Made by a program: the position numbers and the translations under genes
Notes under the pieces: generated by a model
What the model was told of the DNA's origin: nothing
What the model saw: only the letters and a program-made list of their open reading frames with translations
Database searches by the model: none
Shown: piece by piece, positions 58,455 through 64,000 of the stretch
Layout: the number at the start of each line of letters is the position of its first letter
Numbering within the stretch: position 1 is the stretch's first letter
DNA from: Eledone cirrhosa
Taxonomy: Eukaryota
DNA length: 64,000 bases
NCBI GenBank assembly: GCA_964016885.1
Contig: OZ024745.1
Coordinates: forward strand, 28,272,001-28,336,000
Direction of reading: 5' to 3'

Positions 58455-59720
58455 AAGAGGTGGAGGATTGACAGGATCGGCAGAGCATCGGACAAAATGC
58501 ATGGCGGCATTTGTTTCTGCTCATTACATTTTGAGTTCAAATCTCGCCATGGTCCACTTGCCTTTCATCCTTCCGGGGTCGATGAAATAAAGCACCGGTT
58601 AAACACTCTCCTCCACAAATTACTGGCCTTGTGCCTAGATTAGAAATCATTACCAGTAATGCACTGGGTGATTGCTGGCCTTGTGCCTAAAATAGAAACA
58701 ATTATTATTTAGCTTAGCGGTGAATTGGCAGTATCGGTAGAGGGTTGGATGCCATGCTTTTTAGCATAGTTACGAACCTTTAAGTTCTGAGTTCAAATCC
58801 CGCCAAGGTTAACTTAGCCTTTCATCCTTACGGGGTTGATAAAATAAAGTACCAGTAATGCACTGGTATAATTGCTGGCCTTGTGCCAAAAGTAGAAACA
58901 ATTATTATTTAGCTTTTATCATTATTTTTCTTTTTTTTTTTTGCTGTCTAGCCAGGGAAGGAAGGGAGGATAGTGTCTATGTACATTTTCAGAGCGCCCG
59001 GGACTGGTGTGAGGAAAGATTTATCCTGACCACGGAGACCTCACTGGAATGCTTGCAACAGAGTGAACTCTGCTCAAGGCACCCACGGGCCACGAGGAAG
59101 TGTTAAACTGCGCGTCAGATTAAAGTTTATTTATTACTCATGTAGGCCTCAGTAGGATTTGAACTCAGAATGCAAAGAGTTGGAACAAATCACAAGTCCG
59201 ACACTCTAACAATTCCGCCATGTCTTTCACCATAGAGTGAGATTTTATTTCATCGACCCTGAAAGTGTGAAAAGTAAAGTTGACCTCGGCGAGATTTGAA
59301 CTTAGAACGTAACAAACCAGGGCAATTACCGCAAGATAACTTATCCAACACAAACAATCCCATCAGTCCACCGACCCTGGACTAGTATTTTATTTCATTG
59401 AGCCCCAGAAGTGATGAAAGCAAAGTTGACCTGGGTGGGATTTGAACTCAAACCGTATGATATAGACTGGTGCTTTATTTTATCAACCCCGGGGGGGAGG
59501 GGTGAAGGGCAAAGTTGATCTCGGCGGTATTTGAAAGAACCAGAACAAATACTGTGAAGCATCTCGTTCGACGCTCTACCAATTCCACCAATCCAATATC
59601 ATTTTTCCATCAACCCCAGGAGGGATAAAAAGCAAAGAACACTTCTGCGGAATTTGAACTGAAAACTCAAAGAACCAGAACAAAAACCACGATACATTAA
59701 CGATTCCACCAATCCACCGC
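58455..59720. mobile_element. Cluster of Nin/Deu-domain SINEs of mixed age (58455-58905 plus strand; 59150-59720 minus strand, degenerate)
   Basis: Repeated gcctttcatcc..ggggtcgat and aaagttgacctcggc..gatttgaact motifs. Confidence 0.8.
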
Positions 59721-59732
59721 ATTGGTCTAGTA

Positions 59733-60181
59733 AATGGGTCTCAAACTCAAGGACTGAAAAGGGCTGTTACGTCCCGAGGGAGAGGAACAGCGGGCCAAAA
59801 GTGAGATGACTGATGAAGGTGTGGTTTACATAAATTATAATGCTAATCTACAATACAGCTGATAGGCTGCTATTTATTTATTTTTAATTTAAAAAAAATA
59901 CACATATGATAGTAAGTGGGATATGTAAATTAGCACAAAATGTAGAGGGACAAATTTTCTTTAATTCCGTTCTACTTTTGGTAAATTCCTTTTTTTCCTG
60001 TTTTCACTTTTTGATAAATTCCATTTTTTCGAATTTATTGTATTTCATGATTGCAATAAATTGTACTACAGCTATAATTAAAACGGATAAATTACCAAGT
60101 TTTGTAAAATATTAGTCACAAAAATGGATCTGCCGCGGGCCATAGAAAAGTAGTTTGCAGGTCGCATGTTTGAGACCTCTG
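59733..60181. mobile_element. hAT (Charlie-like) MITE
   Basis: TIRs ..ggtctcaaac / gtttgagacctctg, gcgggcc subterminal motifs, 8-bp TSD gtctagta/gtatagta. Confidence 0.75.
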
Positions 60182-61052
60182 GTATAGTACTTTATTTCAT
60201 TGACCCCCAAAAAACATAAAAAGAACAGTTGACCCTACTTTGAACAACAAACGACGTGTCATGCAAGAAAGACATCAATTATCAATATTATTATTAAAAT
60301 GGTGGTGAGTGACAAAACAAGATAGAATAGGAAAGTAAGGAGGAGGGGAGTCGAACAAAGATGCCTTGTGGTATTTAGTTACATGCTAACAGTTCAAATT
60401 TCACCGAGACTCAGTCTTTTATCGTTTCATGCTTGATTAAATAAATACTTGTGAAGTTGGTATAGCCGATGTAATCTACATCACACCTCCCATAGCCGAC
60501 ATGGCCTAAGGCCAATATTGTAAATAATCTATATTATAATAATTGTACTCGATTTTTCTGTCTGTCACACAAACGCTGACATCTGACAAAATAGTTCAGA
60601 AACATGTGTCTAACTCCTTGTGGATGTGCGTGTGTGAGAGACTTTGTGTCTGTGTATGTGTGTGTGTGAGAGAGGGGGTGGGTACGGGTGTGCGTGTTCA
60701 TGTGTGTGAGTGAGTGTGTGTATGATTGCTTGTGTGTGTGCATTTGTATCTGTAGTATTTATCTTTGTATTTATGTGTCTAACTCTTCGTGTGTGCATAA
60801 TATGTGTTGGTGTGTGCGTGCACGCGCGTGTCTGTTTGAATGTGTAAATGTTTGCTATAGTTAAAGAAGAAACTAGATACTGTTATAACAACGATAGCCA
60901 TTATATTTTATCTGCTGGTGTCGAATGTACGCCATATATACAGACAGAACTCGAATAATGTCTACCTTAAAAACCTTCACCCAGCTACAGGATATTTCTG
61001 TTATTTGACAAACACACTATGCACCAACATACAAACATCATATTATTATATG

Positions 61053-61133
<81 letters not shown>

Positions 61134-61262
61134 AGAGTCAGAGCCCGACGGTTGGATTTGCCGTCGAAACGGTAAGAGGTTTGATATATTTACACTCTAC
61201 TATCCCATGATTCAAGTACGCTGCTGAATAATGGTCTTACAAGTTTAAACTGCTATAATCCT

Positions 61263-61336
<74 letters not shown>

Positions 61337-61548
61337 TCTCTCCCTCTCTCTCTCCCTCTCTCCTCTCTCCCTATATATATATATATATAACGAAGGAATT
61401 GTGGTAAGGAATATAATACATATATATATATATATATAATAGGATATGTGTTCCTACACGCACAAGGCGCTAAGGGACACATGTATTGTCCAACCATATG
61501 CCAAAGTGGTTCAATGGCAGGTTAATAAATTAACGAGCCAGAACATAT

Positions 61549-62100
<552 letters not shown>

Positions 62101-62224
62101 TAATAAACCTTTATTTGTCTGCCTTTCTGTTTTGATCCCGTCCAAATTTGCTCTATATATATATACATAAAAATAAGGAGAGAGAACGCACACGCACACA
62201 CAACACACATATGCGCGCGCATTT

Positions 62225-62261
<37 letters not shown>

Positions 62262-62264
62262 TAA

Positions 62265-62580
62265 AGAACCCCTTCAGTTACGAATGACTATGGGTTTTGC
62301 AACTAGAAAGTTCCTTCGATATACAAGACTGGGCAAGGTGTTTTGCTGGAAGTCCAGCAGTCGTTCTTACATACCAGTCTCCCTTCTCCACGCCACTGAT
62401 GTTGTCCAAGGGAAAAGCAAAAGCTGATATAGCTTGGCACCAGTAACGTCGCAACTCATTTCTACAGCTGGGTGAACTGGAGCGACGTGAGATAAAGTGT
62501 CTGGCTGAAGGACATAACAGAATCGAACTCACAATCTCACGAGTGTGAACCCAACACTCTAACCACTAAACCACGCGCCT
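62265..62580 (-). mobile_element. tRNA-derived CORE-type SINE
   Basis: Minus strand ggcgcgtggtttagtggttagagtgttgg...gagttcgattc...cactttatctcacg..gctccagttcacccagctgtagaaatgag. Confidence 0.8.
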
Positions 62581-62614
62581 TTACACACAGACATATTTTG
62601 CCTCACGGTTTATA

Positions 62615-62788
62615 CAGACCTGCCAACCTCTAAAATCCCAAACGGAGAGTACCATGGAAAAGAGTGCCCCAAAATGGGGGAAAATGAGGCAAAATGAGGA
62701 GATTTTACTTAATGAAAGCTATACTCATTTTCACAAAAACAAGGAGACGGGGAGAAATTAGCCAAAACGGGGAGAGTTGACAGGTCTG
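62615..62788. mobile_element. Short MITE (hAT-like TIRs)
   Basis: cagacctgccaac...gttgacaggtctg; TSD imperfect. Confidence 0.65.
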
Positions 62789-63653
62789 GTTATATAATTT
62801 CATACAATGACGTTGACGTTAATTCTTTACAAAATGGTGATCCCCATCCTCACCACCACAACTTAATTAAGCAAACTAAAAGAAAAACCACCCTTCGGGT
62901 AGTTTTCTGCTAGCATATGTAGTGTACATATTGATATTATACTTATACACAGAAATTGAACGAAGACTGCGTTACACTCTCTTATGTAATCAGTAACGCA
63001 ATCCATGGTGCATTAAAAAAACACGATATTATATATAAATTGCATTAGAAGAAAATTAGTGACGGAAATATATAAATGTTTATTTAGGCGATCGCTAACC
63101 GGAAGTGTTGACATTTGAAAATGTTAAAGAAGTGAATCTTTAAATGAGTAATAAAATATATTTAATCAACAGCTACGAAATTTAGTAGATAAATTATGTA
63201 ATATTCCTTCATTATTTATTCAAAGTAATCCAACTTATTTTACTAATAGCATAAACAAATATAAACCGTACGCAGTCCCGTACTCTTTACTTTATTATAG
63301 TTTAGATATGTGATATAAACACAGCACATTCAATGTGATTGTAACATGCACTAATTTTCGAATAAAACATTTTTGTTATCGACTTTCTGATACTCTCCAT
63401 AGACTTTATTCTAGGAAGACGTATTGTAAGGAAGAGCTTATATGGAATAGCTGAGAATAAAGACAAACCTCGTGAGAGTGTTACTAACTTGCAATACATT
63501 AGATTTTGTTGGTTATTTACCTTCATACTTAAATACAATACTTATATTTACCGAATCAGAAGATCGTGCGGAAACACGCACAGAGGTTCTCGCGCGCGCG
63601 CGCACAGGCAGACACACACATATATATATATGAATATACATATAAATATATAA

Positions 63654-63724
<71 letters not shown>

Positions 63725-63728
63725 ATTA

Positions 63729-63783
<55 letters not shown>

Positions 63784-63787
63784 ATTA

Positions 63788-64000
<213 letters not shown>

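Overview
AT-rich, microsatellite-saturated animal genomic DNA. The repeat content suggests a cephalopod (octopus-like), which is inference. Nearly the whole window is intronic or intergenic repeat. The only host-gene sequence I can support is an ankyrin-repeat gene (ANKRD6/diego-like) on the minus strand at the left edge. It has one clean exon (1641-1777), and the start of the next exon, with its splice acceptor, has been amplified into an 84-bp tandem array holding at least 17 acceptors. Other contents: a 17-kb 48-bp minisatellite with nested higher-order duplications that grew inside an RTE-type 3' tail; one near-complete and several partial Penelope-like (RT + GIY-YIG) elements with about a dozen hammerhead ribozyme motifs; Tx1/L1 and RTE LINEs; Nin/Deu-domain and CORE-type SINEs; non-autonomous Helitrons; and hAT MITEs. 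The most unusual signals are the acceptor array, short fold-back inversions that repeatedly break inside hammerhead motifs, a hammerhead family with a fixed CAGAAGA core, and two SINE insertions at the same nucleotide in both arms of an inverted repeat. Coordinates were read by eye and no searches or folding programs were run.
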